Positions 10,629 to 21,832 of a DNA stretch of 32,000 bases are shown one piece after another. The position numbers and the translations under genes were made by a program. The number at the start of each line of letters is the position of its first letter. Within the stretch, counting starts at the first letter, position 1. This DNA comes from Wolbachia endosymbiont of Dirofilaria (Dirofilaria) immitis (GTDB lineage: Bacteria > Pseudomonadota > Alphaproteobacteria > Rickettsiales > Anaplasmataceae), in NCBI RefSeq assembly GCF_013365455.1, contig NZ_CP046578.1, positions 450,001 to 482,000 on the forward strand, in the 5' to 3' direction. Below the pieces are notes generated by a model, which was not told where the DNA came from, made no database searches, and saw nothing but the letters and a program-made list of their open reading frames with translations.

Positions 10629-11185
10629 ATATAATTCCTCATTTTTAATATTTCCATTTTACTAAAATTAACCAATTCATCTAAGTAACTTTTCAGCGAA
10701 ACATCGATCAAATTAAAGCCGTACTTCACTATAAAACCACCAAGTATAGAAGGGTCAACTATATTGACTACTTTTACTATCTTACCAAGAAAGCTTAAAG
10801 ATTCAGTAATTATTTTTATATCAATCTCCTTTAAAACCTCTGCTGATTTTATAGTAACTTCTAATTCATTTTCATTTTTCCTTACAAGACTCAAAAATTT
10901 TTCTAATATAAAAATCAATAAATTAGAACGCCTATTTGCAAGTACCACCATAATAAATCTCACTAAGCTCTCACTCAAATCTCCATTTATAGAAAGTAAA
11001 ACTTCCTTCTTGCATGCAAGAGAAATCATAGGGTGGGACAGATACATAAAAACGTCACGTTGACTTTTTAAAAAAGCCAATATAAATTTTATTTCTTTTC
11101 TTATAGTATCTAATTTACCTTTTGAGACGTAAAACAGCGCCTTAGCGTAAGATGAAATTAAATTATTGTGTTGAGTCTTTTTCAT
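10625..11185 (-). CDS. atpH: ATP synthase F1 subunit delta
   Basis: 186 aa ORF overlapping atpA by 4 nt (ATGA-type). It has the OSCP/delta C-terminal motif [32 protein letters not shown]. Confidence 0.93.
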   Translation of the reverse strand: MKKTQHNNLISSYAKALFYVSKGKLDTIRKEIKFILAFLKSQRDVFMYLSHPMISLACKKEVLLSINGDLSESLVRFIMVVLANRRSNLLIFILEKFLSLVRKNENELEVTIKSAEVLKEIDIKIITESLSFLGKIVKVVNIVDPSILGGFIVKYGFNLIDVSLKSYLDELVNFSKMEILKMRNYI

Positions 11186-12098
11186 GTCAAATTATCTAAT
11201 ATATAGAGTTAAACATCTTTAGCTTGACCATAGAGTCTAACCTAAAAAGACTTAGACCTCTAATATGGTGACTAAACTTATGATTACCGATAAAATCCAC
11301 TACAAAACAGCTATTTATAACCGCTAAAGGGAAGTATGCAAAAAAAATGAGAGCCAGTAATCAAAATAATTATAATAGATTTCTTGCAGAAAAGAAAACA
11401 CTTCTATTTACACTTACTTTTTTTATCAGCTAGAAAAGTATGTTACCTAAGGCAGCGTAGAAAAGTGTTATCAAATAGTGGATATTGTAATCTAAACACA
11501 TTTTAATAGTTTTACTTTTTTCTTTAAATCTAAGAGTTTATTAATTTCAATCTTTCTCTTTACTTAAGGCTAGCTTCTCCATTAACACCAGTCACTTGCT
11601 TAGGCTTTCTACTCCTTTTAAGCTATAATATAGCAGGTACACTAAAGTTTTATTGGATCAAGAAAACTTGTGAAACGCTTTTCTATGATTCCTAGAACTC
11701 TCAACTTTAGAAGAGCTAGTAAATTCCTTTTAGTTAACACTATACCTTCAGACATTATACCACCTATCATAGGTTTTAAATACCAAGTTGCCCTCATTCT
11801 AAGCTAACTTCTTCTTTAAATAGCTTTTATGCTTGCCTTTGAATATACTACTTCATAAAACTAGAAACCAGTAAGTACTTTAAAGTTTTTCTATTAAGAA
11901 CTATGTTGATCATTGAATCTATAAAGGTTTTTCGGTATTTACATATACAGCATCTCTTTTTATCTTTTAATAAAAAAATTCATATGTTGCTAACACTTAG
12001 GAAGAGTCTTCACCTACTTTGACAAAGAATTTTTATCATACTCGAATTGATTTAACAAATAACATAAAACTAAATACCATACAACAATCGAGAAGAGA

Positions 12099-12797
12099 AT
12101 GGACAAATCACAATTAGTCAAAGAAGTATTTAACTCTATAGCAAGTCACTACGACATCATGAATGACATAATGAGTTTTGGAATGCATAGGCTATGGAAA
12201 GACAAAATGGTAAATAGTATGCATTTTACAAAAAACTCTAAGGTTTTGGACATCGCTGGAGGAACTGGAGATATAGCAATAAGAATAGCAAGAAGAGAAC
12301 CAAGTACTCAAGTCACAATATGCGATATAAACCAAAACATGCTGAGCAGGGGAATCGATAAAGCCATAAACTCAAATCAGCTCAATTTCAATTGGGTGTG
12401 TGCAAATGCAGAAAATTTGCCATTTGAAAATTCTACATTTGATTATTGTACGATAGCCTTCGGTATTCGAAACATTTCTGACCGTAAAAAGGCTTTAAGT
12501 GAGGCGTATAGGGTATTGAAACTGAACGGGAAATTTATCTGCTTGGAGTTTGCCCCTATGCATTACCAAAACGAAATATTTACCAAATTCTATGACCTAT
12601 ATTCATTTAAAGTAATTCCTAAAATCGGTAGCATAGTTGCTAAAGATAAAAAACCTTATAAGTATTTAGTAAAAAGCATCAGAGAGTTTCCAACTCAGAC
12701 TAAGTTTCAAATGGAAATTGAAGAGGTAGGCTTTCGAAATGTTGAATTTTATGACATGAGCTATGGGATAGTGGTGTTACACATTGGAACAAAATAA
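12099..12797 (+). CDS. ubiE: Ubiquinone/menaquinone biosynthesis C-methyltransferase
   Basis: 232 aa: [73 protein letters not shown]. Confidence 0.97.
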   Translation: MDKSQLVKEVFNSIASHYDIMNDIMSFGMHRLWKDKMVNSMHFTKNSKVLDIAGGTGDIAIRIARREPSTQVTICDINQNMLSRGIDKAINSNQLNFNWVCANAENLPFENSTFDYCTIAFGIRNISDRKKALSEAYRVLKLNGKFICLEFAPMHYQNEIFTKFYDLYSFKVIPKIGSIVAKDKKPYKYLVKSIREFPTQTKFQMEIEEVGFRNVEFYDMSYGIVVLHIGTK

Positions 12798-12804
12798 ACA
12801 TCAA

Positions 12805-12827
12805 AATTTAGTATAGAATACTAAATT
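12805..12827. terminator. Perfect 10-bp hairpin immediately downstream of ubiE (candidate 3' end or processing structure)
   Basis: AATTTAGTAT-AGA-ATACTAAATT, 8 nt after the ubiE stop. There is no clear following T-tract, so terminator function is uncertain. Confidence 0.45.
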
Positions 12828-13966
12828 ACTATTTCAGTAGGTTCCTTATTTACTCACACTCAGCAAGCTCTTCAAAAGCACAGCGTTTTTTTCCATAGCA
12901 TAAAATCATTTTATATAACATCATAACATCATACAATTTACAGTCCTATCACTGATTACTTTAGTAACATTTTTCTTCATCAGCATAAAAACTATACTTA
13001 ATCTTTCTATTTGTAAAAGTTTTACTATCTTTTTCATTAACGATACTTGACATAAAAGAAACAGCACGAAAATTTTTAAATTACTAGATCATTAGAAGTT
13101 TTCAAAAAGAGGCCAATTAATTAGAGTTAGACCAGGCAAAGGTAGCGTAAAATTTTTCTCTCTGATGTCACGTAGATTTTATGTTTTCTGTTTAGAAAGA
13201 AGAATTCAGTTTTATTATGCACTTAGTTGTAATGAATTATTTAATTCTATTAACGGATTTTTTAACATTTCAATTTAATTTATCACATAATTTATCAATA
13301 GACATAGAAGTAACGTTGAGTATTATTTTCCCTACTATTAGCAAATAACTAACTAAAAAGATCATAGAGATATTAGACTGCTCCTTCGAAGTTATTCTAC
13401 TTCAGCTTTGGAAATATCAGCCCTGAGTGGATTCCGTACAACTTTAATTTTTTTACCTTTATCTCTTCCTTTTTAAGCAGCATTACCAAGTGTTCTTAAA
13501 TAAGAATAAGCTATTCATCACATGTTCACTTTATTTCTCCTTTATAGGCAATAAATTCTTCTTCTAACCAATTAAATCTATAAAAACACTTTGTTATTTT
13601 AAGGTTCGATACTAGTTATCTTGTCAGCTCTGTCTTGAATATACCTCGCATAGTTTGACACTATCTTTACCTCTGTAAAGAATATCAACGATGTTTTATC
13701 CTTTATTTAATTTCTATCATGAAGGTCAAAAATATTGTTGAGAAAATGGATAAAAGTACGTTAGCAAGATAACCTTTTAAAGGTCGAGAATTTTTAAAAA
13801 AGATATAGTAAATGAAAAAACATTTGATTATGTAGTGTACTACTCTATACAAATATTCAACCTTCTTTAGCAATGGTTGTGCCCCCAAAGCTTGCAAAGC
13901 ATATCTTTTTCCTCTTTCTCATGAAACTAAAATCTATATACTTAACTCTAGAAACTTTAAAATAAA

Positions 13967-15673
13967 ATGCGATCTGATATTAGGCAACTATTTTACTATA
14001 TAAAGCCTAACCTACATTATTTTATTATAGCTTTTATTGCAGTCCTATTTTCCGCTTTAATGATTCTCCTTTTTGGCAGAGGTCTGAGCAGCATAATTGA
14101 TTCTAGTGCAAGACATAATTTTACTACTAAATTAGTAGTAACTATATTTATAGTTTTAGGCATTTCTTTTGCTGCATTTGTTAAGTTGTATTTTATAGGA
14201 ATGGGTAGTGAGAAAGTTGTTGCAAGAATCAGGTATGACTTATATAGCAATATTACTGATTTACAACCAAGTTTTTTTGAGAATACTAGCGTACAAGATG
14301 TTATCTCGGCGTTAATTACTGATACCTCTGTGTTACAATCAATAATAAATAGTAGCTTACTCACCATATTACGGAATTTTGTGATACTAATTGGTAGTGT
14401 TGCTATGTTGTTATATACGAACCTACACCTAACCACATATGCAGCTGCAATAGTTCCAATGTTATTGATCATTATGACATCACTTGGAAAAAAGGTACGC
14501 AATTATGCACGCTTTGCCCAAAGCAAGCTAAGTGAACTTGCATCACTTAGTGAGGAAAATCTCAGATCCATAGCAACTATTAAATCATTTGTGTTAGAAG
14601 AAAATGAGAAAGCACGTTTTAAGGAATACTTAAGCTCAGTATCAGAATCATACTTAAGATTAGTCCTCCTGCGTGCTATTTTAGTAACTTTAATCATCTC
14701 ATGTGTGATAGGTTCGTTAGTTATTTTGCTTTTCTTTGGTATCAAAGAGGTCTTGAGCAGCAATATGACTATTGGCGAGCTCTCCTCATTTGTGTTCTAT
14801 TCAGCACTTGCAGCAGGAGCTGTAAATAATTTGAGCGATAACGTTAGTGATTTACAACGAGGTTTTGGAGTAGTAGAGCGTCTACTTGAACTCAAAGATA
14901 TGAAAAGCCCCATAGTAGACTCTAGGAACCCTATAAAAATTCATAACGTTCAAAAAGAAATCGCGTTTAACGATGTAACATTTTTTTATGAATCTCAACC
15001 CAATAGACCAGTCCTAAGCAATGTATCCTTTTCTATAAAGGTAGGCCAATCCGTCTCAATCATTGGACCGTCCGGCAGTGGCAAAAGCACTATTTTAAAA
15101 CTTCTGCTCCGTTTTCATGATCCAAATAAAGGCAGCATTACCATCGATGGACACAACATTAAGTCAATCGCATTAAATAACCTCAGGTTGTTATTTGGTT
15201 TAGTACCGCAAGATCATACGATATTTTCTTGCTCAATAATGGAAAATATATTATATGGTAAACCAGGTGCTGAATATAAGGAAGTGAAGCAAGCAGCTAT
15301 CAGCGCTTATGCGATGGAGTTTATTGATAAGTTACCTAATAAATTCGATACATTTGTAGGGAAAAGAGGATTAAAGCTCTCTGAAGGACAAAAGCAACGT
15401 ATTATAATAGCAAGAGCAATACTCAAAAATCCTCAGATTTTAATACTGGATGAGGCAACTTCTGCTCTTGACTATGAAAGTGAGAACCTTGTACAAAAAG
15501 CATTGAAAGAGTTAATGAAAAATAGAACGACGATCATGATTACACACAGGCTGTCATCTACACTCACAACCGATAAGATCGTAGTAATTAACCATGGAGA
15601 AATAGAGGAAATAGGAACTCATGATTCCCTCATAAGCAAAAATGGACTATATGCAAAATTAGCGAAAATATAG
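13967..15673 (+). CDS. ABC transporter, fused permease/ATP-binding exporter (MsbA/LmrA-like)
   Basis: 568 aa with an N-terminal six-TM ABC exporter domain, Walker A GPSGSGKST, signature LSEGQKQR, Walker B ILILDEATSALD and H-loop ITHRL. Confidence 0.95.
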   Translation: MRSDIRQLFYYIKPNLHYFIIAFIAVLFSALMILLFGRGLSSIIDSSARHNFTTKLVVTIFIVLGISFAAFVKLYFIGMGSEKVVARIRYDLYSNITDLQPSFFENTSVQDVISALITDTSVLQSIINSSLLTILRNFVILIGSVAMLLYTNLHLTTYAAAIVPMLLIIMTSLGKKVRNYARFAQSKLSELASLSEENLRSIATIKSFVLEENEKARFKEYLSSVSESYLRLVLLRAILVTLIISCVIGSLVILLFFGIKEVLSSNMTIGELSSFVFYSALAAGAVNNLSDNVSDLQRGFGVVERLLELKDMKSPIVDSRNPIKIHNVQKEIAFNDVTFFYESQPNRPVLSNVSFSIKVGQSVSIIGPSGSGKSTILKLLLRFHDPNKGSITIDGHNIKSIALNNLRLLFGLVPQDHTIFSCSIMENILYGKPGAEYKEVKQAAISAYAMEFIDKLPNKFDTFVGKRGLKLSEGQKQRIIIARAILKNPQILILDEATSALDYESENLVQKALKELMKNRTTIMITHRLSSTLTTDKIVVINHGEIEEIGTHDSLISKNGLYAKLAKI

Positions 15674-15714
15674 TAGACATATTATACTATCACAAATTAA
15701 CACAAATTAGGTTG

Positions 15715-15739
15715 ATATCTTAAATTTAGGTTAAGATAT
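15715..15739. terminator. Perfect 9-bp hairpin downstream of the ABC exporter gene (candidate)
   Basis: ATATCTTAA-atttagg-TTAAGATAT, about 40 nt after the stop. No T-tract. Confidence 0.4.
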
Positions 15740-15775
15740 TTAATTCTCAAACATTTTAACCTATAACAAACCAAT

Positions 15776-15792
15776 GTCCTTTTTCTAAGGAC
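15776..15792. repeat. Short perfect hairpin (6-bp stem)
   Basis: GTCCTT-TTTCT-AAGGAC, intergenic, about 100 nt after the ABC exporter stop. Confidence 0.35.
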
Positions 15793-16314
15793 TGGTATCA
15801 CTCATACTTATGTTTTTACCATACTAACAACATATGACTACCCATTGTTTACCAATTTTACTAATATACACTTCTTACATACCTACAGAAGATTGTTTCT
15901 AAACAATTTATATATACATAGTGTGATTTTAACATATATGCTCTATATTCTTTCAAGGGCACTTAGATACTATTCAAATAATATTATGCACCTTACTTTT
16001 TAATAAAAAAAATTCATAAGTAAAAGCTTACTTGTTACTTATATGGCAGTTTTACTACTTAATACTACATAATTAATTCAAACTGTATTTAGTTCCTTTT
16101 TGAAGCCTTATCACCTTTTGATCACAAGCAAAAAACCTCTAAATTCTAATATTTGCACAATAGCTGCTTATCTATACATAGCATAAATAAATCTGCTGGT
16201 AATTCTGTCAATAACTGCTTAACTATATCACTACTGAGGTTACATTTTTATAAGATAAATCTTCAATTAACCTTACCCATTTACTATACTGCTATATAGT
16301 TTATAGATTTTTGA

Positions 16315-18024
16315 TTGATGAACATTTTTAAGCAGATTTTTTTGTTAATTCTTAGCAAATTAGATGAGTTAAAGCAAAAGAGTATTATAAATACGAGTGT
16401 AGAAAATTTTATCTTAGAACCTCCAAGTAATAGAGCATATGGAGATGTTTATACAAATGTCGCCATGGTGCTTGCAAGGTATGAAAGAAAGAACTCCATT
16501 GAGATTGCAGAAATATTAGCAGAAGAATTTGAACTTTTTAACGAAATTGCAAAAGTAGAAATAGCTGGCCCTGGTTTTATCAACATGAACTTTAAAATAG
16601 AAGTATGGCACAGAATTCTTAAACAAATAAATGAGCTGAAAACAGAATTTGGTACTTTAAACATTGGAAATAATCAGGCTGTTAATGTTGAATTTGTATC
16701 TGCAAATCCAACTGGCCCACTGCATATCGGTCATGTAAGAGGAGCAATATTTGGTGACGTTTTAGCAAACTTGTTAAAAAAAGTTGGCTATCAAACCACT
16801 AAGGAGTATTACATCAATGACGCTGGAACACAGATAGATATGTTAATTCGATCAGTATACTTACGGTATAAGGAAGCTTTAGGAGAGAAGATTAATATCG
16901 AAAAAGGTTTATACCCAGGCGAATATTTAAAAGCAATAGGAAAAGGGCTAGCTAAAAAATATGGTAAAGATCTTCTAGAAGAGCAAGATTACCAAATAAT
17001 TAGAGATTATACTTTAAATTCTATCTTAGAACTCATAAAAGAAGACATGAACTTACTTGGAGTGAATCATGATATCTTTACTTCAGAGTATGAGCTGCAA
17101 AAAAGTGGCAAAATTGAAGAGAGCATAAAGATATTATCTGAGAAGGGTTTAGTATATGAAGGATACCTAGGCAAACCAAAAAGTAAAGAAAGCGAAAATT
17201 GGATTTCTAGAAAAGAAATGTTGTTTTGTTCCACAAAATTTGGTGATGACGTTGATCGTGCACTTAAAAAAGAAGATGGTAGCTGGACTTATTTTGCATC
17301 AGACATTGCCTATCATTTTGATAAGATATCACGCGGTTTTAGCAATATGGTAGTAGAGCTTGGTAGTGACCACGGCGGCTATATTAAAAGGCTCAAAGCA
17401 GTTGTTTCTGCACTAAGTGATAATAAGGCAAAGATAGAGGTAAAATTGCATAATATTGTAAATTTCTTCGAAAACGGAAAACCTATTAAGATGTCCAAAA
17501 GATCAGGAAACTTCCTAACAGCAAGAGATGTAGTTGAGGAAGTTGGTAGGGACGTTACTCGCTTTATAATGCTAACACAAAGAAATGATATAGTTCTCAA
17601 CTTCGATTTTGCTAAAGTGAAGGAGCAATCAAAAGATAATCCTATTTTTTACGTGCAATATGCATGCGCCCGTGCTCATTCGTTAATGCGCAACGCTCCA
17701 AAAGAACTTCCAAGTGCAGACCTTTCACTTTTAAAGACTGATGAGGAACTATTACTTATAAAAATCTTAGCAAAGTGGCCAGGTGTAGTAGAAATAGCTG
17801 CAAGGCTTTATGAGCCACACAGAATTACTTTCTACTTACTTGAAGTTGCAGAAGCATTCCATGCTTTATGGGGATATGGTAAAAATAACTTAAATATGCG
17901 GTTCATACTAAAAGATGATTTAGACCTAACTGCTGCAAGAATATCCCTCGTCCAAGCTTTAATACACATCATTACTTCCGGGCTTTCTGTTTTTAACATA
18001 GAGCCTTTAGAAGAGATGAAATAA
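16315..18024 (+). CDS. argS: Arginyl-tRNA synthetase
   Basis: 569 aa: [30 protein letters not shown] (HIGH motif region), [36 protein letters not shown]. The start may be the second Met. Confidence 0.98.
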   Translation: MMNIFKQIFLLILSKLDELKQKSIINTSVENFILEPPSNRAYGDVYTNVAMVLARYERKNSIEIAEILAEEFELFNEIAKVEIAGPGFINMNFKIEVWHRILKQINELKTEFGTLNIGNNQAVNVEFVSANPTGPLHIGHVRGAIFGDVLANLLKKVGYQTTKEYYINDAGTQIDMLIRSVYLRYKEALGEKINIEKGLYPGEYLKAIGKGLAKKYGKDLLEEQDYQIIRDYTLNSILELIKEDMNLLGVNHDIFTSEYELQKSGKIEESIKILSEKGLVYEGYLGKPKSKESENWISRKEMLFCSTKFGDDVDRALKKEDGSWTYFASDIAYHFDKISRGFSNMVVELGSDHGGYIKRLKAVVSALSDNKAKIEVKLHNIVNFFENGKPIKMSKRSGNFLTARDVVEEVGRDVTRFIMLTQRNDIVLNFDFAKVKEQSKDNPIFYVQYACARAHSLMRNAPKELPSADLSLLKTDEELLLIKILAKWPGVVEIAARLYEPHRITFYLLEVAEAFHALWGYGKNNLNMRFILKDDLDLTAARISLVQALIHIITSGLSVFNIEPLEEMK

Positions 18025-18069
18025 GCAAAGAAATATGGAAATAAGAAAGACCGCGAGCTTTCCTACACA

Positions 18070-19365
18070 TTAAATTACAGTAGCATAACCCTTCTCTTTC
18101 CTGCTGTTGATGATTATTTCCCCTACTGTTACTGCTGCTAAAATAAAGCAATAATGCACCCGTGTTGACAAAAAAATAGGTGATACAGAGGCTATGCTAC
18201 CAGCTAGCAATAATTGGGAGCCGTAAGGTAAAATACCTTTTGTAGCACAAGCAAAAACATCTAGTAAGTATGCACTACGGTATGGTGCAATATCATGCTT
18301 TTTTGCAAGCCTTTTTGCAATGCTGCCACTTAGCAAAATAGCAATAGTATTATTAGCAACTAGAATAGTAAACATAGATGCTATTCCTGCTATTACAAAT
18401 TCAGCTCTAGTTTTTGTGATACTACTTCCATCAATAAGTTTATATAATGTTTTTTGACCTTGTTTGTACATTATATTGCTCAATCCACCAATAAATAAGG
18501 CAAACATTACTATTTCGTTTACTTTTTTAAACCCCCTATATATGTCATGAGAGAATTGAATAATAGAATAGTCAAAAAAAGCTATTCCTAGAATACCAGC
18601 AATAATTATGTTTACAGTTATTGTTACCAGCGTAGTAACTTCAAATAGGGCCATAATTATTAAAGAAATATAAGGAATAACCTTTATTATTGATAAATAA
18701 TCTAAGTTTGATATAGTGATAATTCTCGCACTATCTACAGTAATTACTAAATAGATAAGTGTTATAATGCTGGCAATAAACGCTACTTTAGAATTTGCCT
18801 GAAGTTTATCTTTTATTGTAGCGTTTTGTGAGGAAACAGATGCAATAGTGGTATCAGATATCATTGAAAGGTTATCACCAAATACGGCGCCCCCAACTAC
18901 AGTTGCAGTTCCTATCTCAAGATCAAAAGCTCCATTCTTTGCTAAGTCAACAGCAATTGGTACCATCAGTGCAACAACTCCCATAGATGTACCAATTGCA
19001 GTTGAAATAAAAGCAGAAGCCAAGAATACTCCAGGTAACAATAACCTCGCTGGAAGAAAATTGAGAATCAGATTAGCAACAGTATTTGCACTATCAATTG
19101 ATTGACTAACAGAAGAAAATGCTCCAGAAAACAGGAAAATTAAGCACATAGTAAGGGTATTCTTGTTACCCATACCTTCGATGACAGTATCGATGTTATG
19201 TTGCATTTTATCTGTTCTACGCGAGATGGCAAAAAATAGTGCTGGCAATAAGCAAACTACCGGAGAAATTTGACGAAGTGGATTATCAATTCCGGTGAAG
19301 AAAAAATAAGTGCCGCTTCCAAGATGTAAAACTAAGAAAATAAATAGAGGAATAAAAGCAATCAT
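18070..19365 (-). CDS. Na+/H+ antiporter, NhaC family-like
   Basis: 431 aa polytopic protein with GTSMGVVALMVPIAVDLAKNG and GTATVVGGAVFGDNLSMISDTTIAS, typical of the NhaC/Na+-H+ antiporter superfamily. Confidence 0.88.
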   Translation of the reverse strand: MIAFIPLFIFLVLHLGSGTYFFFTGIDNPLRQISPVVCLLPALFFAISRRTDKMQHNIDTVIEGMGNKNTLTMCLIFLFSGAFSSVSQSIDSANTVANLILNFLPARLLLPGVFLASAFISTAIGTSMGVVALMVPIAVDLAKNGAFDLEIGTATVVGGAVFGDNLSMISDTTIASVSSQNATIKDKLQANSKVAFIASIITLIYLVITVDSARIITISNLDYLSIIKVIPYISLIIMALFEVTTLVTITVNIIIAGILGIAFFDYSIIQFSHDIYRGFKKVNEIVMFALFIGGLSNIMYKQGQKTLYKLIDGSSITKTRAEFVIAGIASMFTILVANNTIAILLSGSIAKRLAKKHDIAPYRSAYLLDVFACATKGILPYGSQLLLAGSIASVSPIFLSTRVHYCFILAAVTVGEIIINSRKEKGYATVI

Positions 19366-19612
19366 TTTATTATAATTAAAAGTTCAAACTATAACTAATT
19401 AAATAATTTTAAGCAAGTCTAGTTTCACTAGTTCTACAGAAAGTTGACAATAGAGTTTTGAGCTTTTATACTTAATTTATTTAATTAAATAGTGCAAAAG
19501 GCTATGAATCCTTTTGGCAATAGAGTTTTTGTAGCAGAGCACTGAGGTTTAGGAAAATTATTGTCCTCATAACCAATTTTAACAAGTTACAATATCTATT
19601 ATAAATAATGAA

Positions 19613-20539
19613 ATGTCTCAAAGTATTACAACTATACCAATAGAAGATAATAACATTAGGCTGGATAGATATATAAGAAGAACTTTTCCATATCTGAAAC
19701 AATCTACAATCGAGAAATCTCTAAGGAAAAGGTTAATTAAGGTTGATAATTGTAAAGCAAAGTCAAGCGATAGAGTGCATTTTGGACAAACTATAACAAT
19801 AAAATGCTTAGATTATATTGAAAATACCAATTCTAACCGTAAATATGACCAAGAATTAGTTAATATACTGAAAGATAATGTATTATACGAAGATGAATAT
19901 ATACTAGCTATAAATAAACCTACAGGAGTAATTGTTCAAGGCGGCATAAAGGTAAAAGTCAGCATTAATGATTTGCTTGACCGAATCAGGGAAGGAAAAA
20001 TATTTAAGATTGTTCACAGGCTAGATAGAGATACAAGCGGAGTGATAATATTTGCACGTAATGCTAATGTTGCAAGATACCTTACAGAGGAATTTAAAGG
20101 GCGAAGAGTAAAGAAAACCTACTTAGCATTAACCTCCGGCATACCAAGCAAGAATAGAGGAACAATAGATCATCCATTAGTAAAAAAATATATTTCAGGT
20201 CAAGAAAAAGTAGTCGTTGACGAAGATTCACCTCAAAATGCCACTACGCGTTTCTCAATCATAGCGAGATTAGGACAAAATGTTGCTTATGTAAAACTGC
20301 AACCAATTACTGGCAGGACACATCAATTAAGAGCACATCTGGCTTATATAAATTGTCCTATTCTCGGTGATGGTAAATATGGTGGTAAAAAAGCTTTTAT
20401 TGATGGAATAGTAAATAGAATTCATCTCCACTCGTATTCTTTATCTTTTAAGTTACCAAGTAACAAAAAAATTACTATCATTGCCCTTCCTCCTAAACAC
20501 TTTAAAAAGTCCATTGAGGCGTTAAACCCTATTACTTAG
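19613..20539 (+). CDS. rluC: RluC/RluD-family 23S rRNA pseudouridine synthase
   Basis: 308 aa with an N-terminal S4-like domain, then INKPTGVIVQGG, IVHRLDRDTSGVIIFARN, LQPITGRTHQLRAHLAYINCPILGDGKYGG. The exact C-versus-D assignment is not certain. Confidence 0.9.
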   Translation: MSQSITTIPIEDNNIRLDRYIRRTFPYLKQSTIEKSLRKRLIKVDNCKAKSSDRVHFGQTITIKCLDYIENTNSNRKYDQELVNILKDNVLYEDEYILAINKPTGVIVQGGIKVKVSINDLLDRIREGKIFKIVHRLDRDTSGVIIFARNANVARYLTEEFKGRRVKKTYLALTSGIPSKNRGTIDHPLVKKYISGQEKVVVDEDSPQNATTRFSIIARLGQNVAYVKLQPITGRTHQLRAHLAYINCPILGDGKYGGKKAFIDGIVNRIHLHSYSLSFKLPSNKKITIIALPPKHFKKSIEALNPIT

Positions 20540-20549
20540 TGGTGCCTGT

Positions 20550-20563
20550 AGGCAATTTTGCCT
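20550..20563. terminator. Short palindrome after the rluC-like gene (candidate)
   Basis: AGGCAA-TT-TTGCCT, 11 nt after the stop codon. Confidence 0.35.
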
Positions 20564-20848
20564 CTCAAAAGGTAAAATATAAACACATCTATATTGTAAT
20601 CTAAGCTAGAGATATAACTATTACTTTTTAAGTATGCGCTGAAATGTTCAAGTTTATTATATCAAAATATAAAACATAATAAATGCCTAATAAATAAGAC
20701 CTACAAAAAATACAGTAAACATACAACAGAAGTTAAGCATACACATGCATCTACACATTAATGAAAAAACCTGTAGAAAAAGATAAATTTCAGGTTTTAA
20801 AATCTTTAAAGTGCATCAACAATTTTTTTGAGTCGTTTTGACTCACAG

Positions 20849-21832
20849 CTAGCAGTCAACAGATTTATAAACATCAGTATACAACTTATCAATGCTTGGT
20901 TCTCTACTACTTTTAGCAAAATCCTCCGATTTTTTCACTAGATCATGTATTTCCTTATCTATTGTCTTACACTCTTCCTCTGAAGCAACCTTGCTACTTA
21001 TCATATATTTCTTTAAAGTACTTATAGGGTCACGATTTTGCTTTATATCTTCAACTTTCTCTTTTGACCGATAAGTAGCAGGATCTGACATTGAATGGCC
21101 ACGATACCGATACGTCTTCATTTCAAGCAGAATTGGCCCTTTTCCGCTGCGTACATACTCAGCTGCTTCGCCTGTTGCCTCATAAACAGAAAAGCAATCC
21201 ATTCCGTCAACCTGCTTCCCAGGAATACCAAAACCTTCTCCTCTTTTATATAGCTCAGTTACTAATGTTGATCTCTGAACAGAAGTTCCCATTGCATATC
21301 CGTTATTCTCTATAATATAAATCACTGGCAATTGCCACAAAGATGCCATATTAAATGATTCATATACTTGCCCCTGATTCGCAGCACCATCACCAAAATA
21401 CGTAAATACCACATTGTTTTTTTTCTTGTATTTATTAGCAAAAGCTATTCCTGTACCAATTGGAACTTGCGCACCTACTATTCCATGCCCACCAAAGAAT
21501 TTCCTTTCAATATCAAATATATGCATTGAACCACCTTTACCTTTTGAGCACCCTGTTTCTTTACCATTTAGTTCTGCCATTACAATATTTGGATCAGAAT
21601 CACATGCGAGCATTAAACCGTGGTCTCTATAACTTGTAATAAAAGCGTCACCAGGTTTTGATGCAGCATGAGTTCCAACTACAACTGCCTCCTGTCCTAT
21701 TGATAAATGACAAAACCCACCTATTAATCCCATTCCATATAATTGTCCTGCTTTTTCTTCAAATCTACGCACTAGTAACATTTTTCTGTAGAACCCAATC
21801 ACCTGTTCTTTAGTAAGATTTTTTGCTTTCAT
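20849..21832 (-). CDS. pdhA: Pyruvate dehydrogenase E1 component subunit alpha
   Basis: 327 aa: RRFEEKAGQLYGMGLIGGFCHLSIGQEAV, thiamine-PP motif YFGDGAANQGQVYESFNMASLWQLPVIYIIENN, TYRYRGHSMSDPATYR. Confidence 0.98.
   Translation of the reverse strand: MKAKNLTKEQVIGFYRKMLLVRRFEEKAGQLYGMGLIGGFCHLSIGQEAVVVGTHAASKPGDAFITSYRDHGLMLACDSDPNIVMAELNGKETGCSKGKGGSMHIFDIERKFFGGHGIVGAQVPIGTGIAFANKYKKKNNVVFTYFGDGAANQGQVYESFNMASLWQLPVIYIIENNGYAMGTSVQRSTLVTELYKRGEGFGIPGKQVDGMDCFSVYEATGEAAEYVRSGKGPILLEMKTYRYRGHSMSDPATYRSKEKVEDIKQNRDPISTLKKYMISSKVASEEECKTIDKEIHDLVKKSEDFAKSSREPSIDKLYTDVYKSVDC

Noticed and set aside
12913-12935. Short tandem 'aacatcataacatcata' in the ubiE/ABC gap
   Set aside because: Two copies of a 9-mer in AT-rich DNA is not enough to claim a repeat element.
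13703-13897. Minus-strand 64-aa ORF in the ubiE/ABC gap
   Set aside because: Hydrophobic, AT-driven composition, no motif, and no adjacent partner. It is not distinguishable from chance, though it is part of the low-coding block flagged above.
14017-14763. Minus-strand ORFs of 161 and 86 aa
   Set aside because: Antisense to the well-supported ABC exporter gene.
18045-18062. GAAAG/CTTTC inverted repeat between convergent argS and the NhaC-like gene
   Set aside because: Only 5 bp arms and no T-tract, so it is too weak to call a bidirectional terminator.
19502-19702. Minus-strand 66-aa ORF
   Set aside because: It overlaps the start of the RluC/D-like gene antisense and has no recognisable features.
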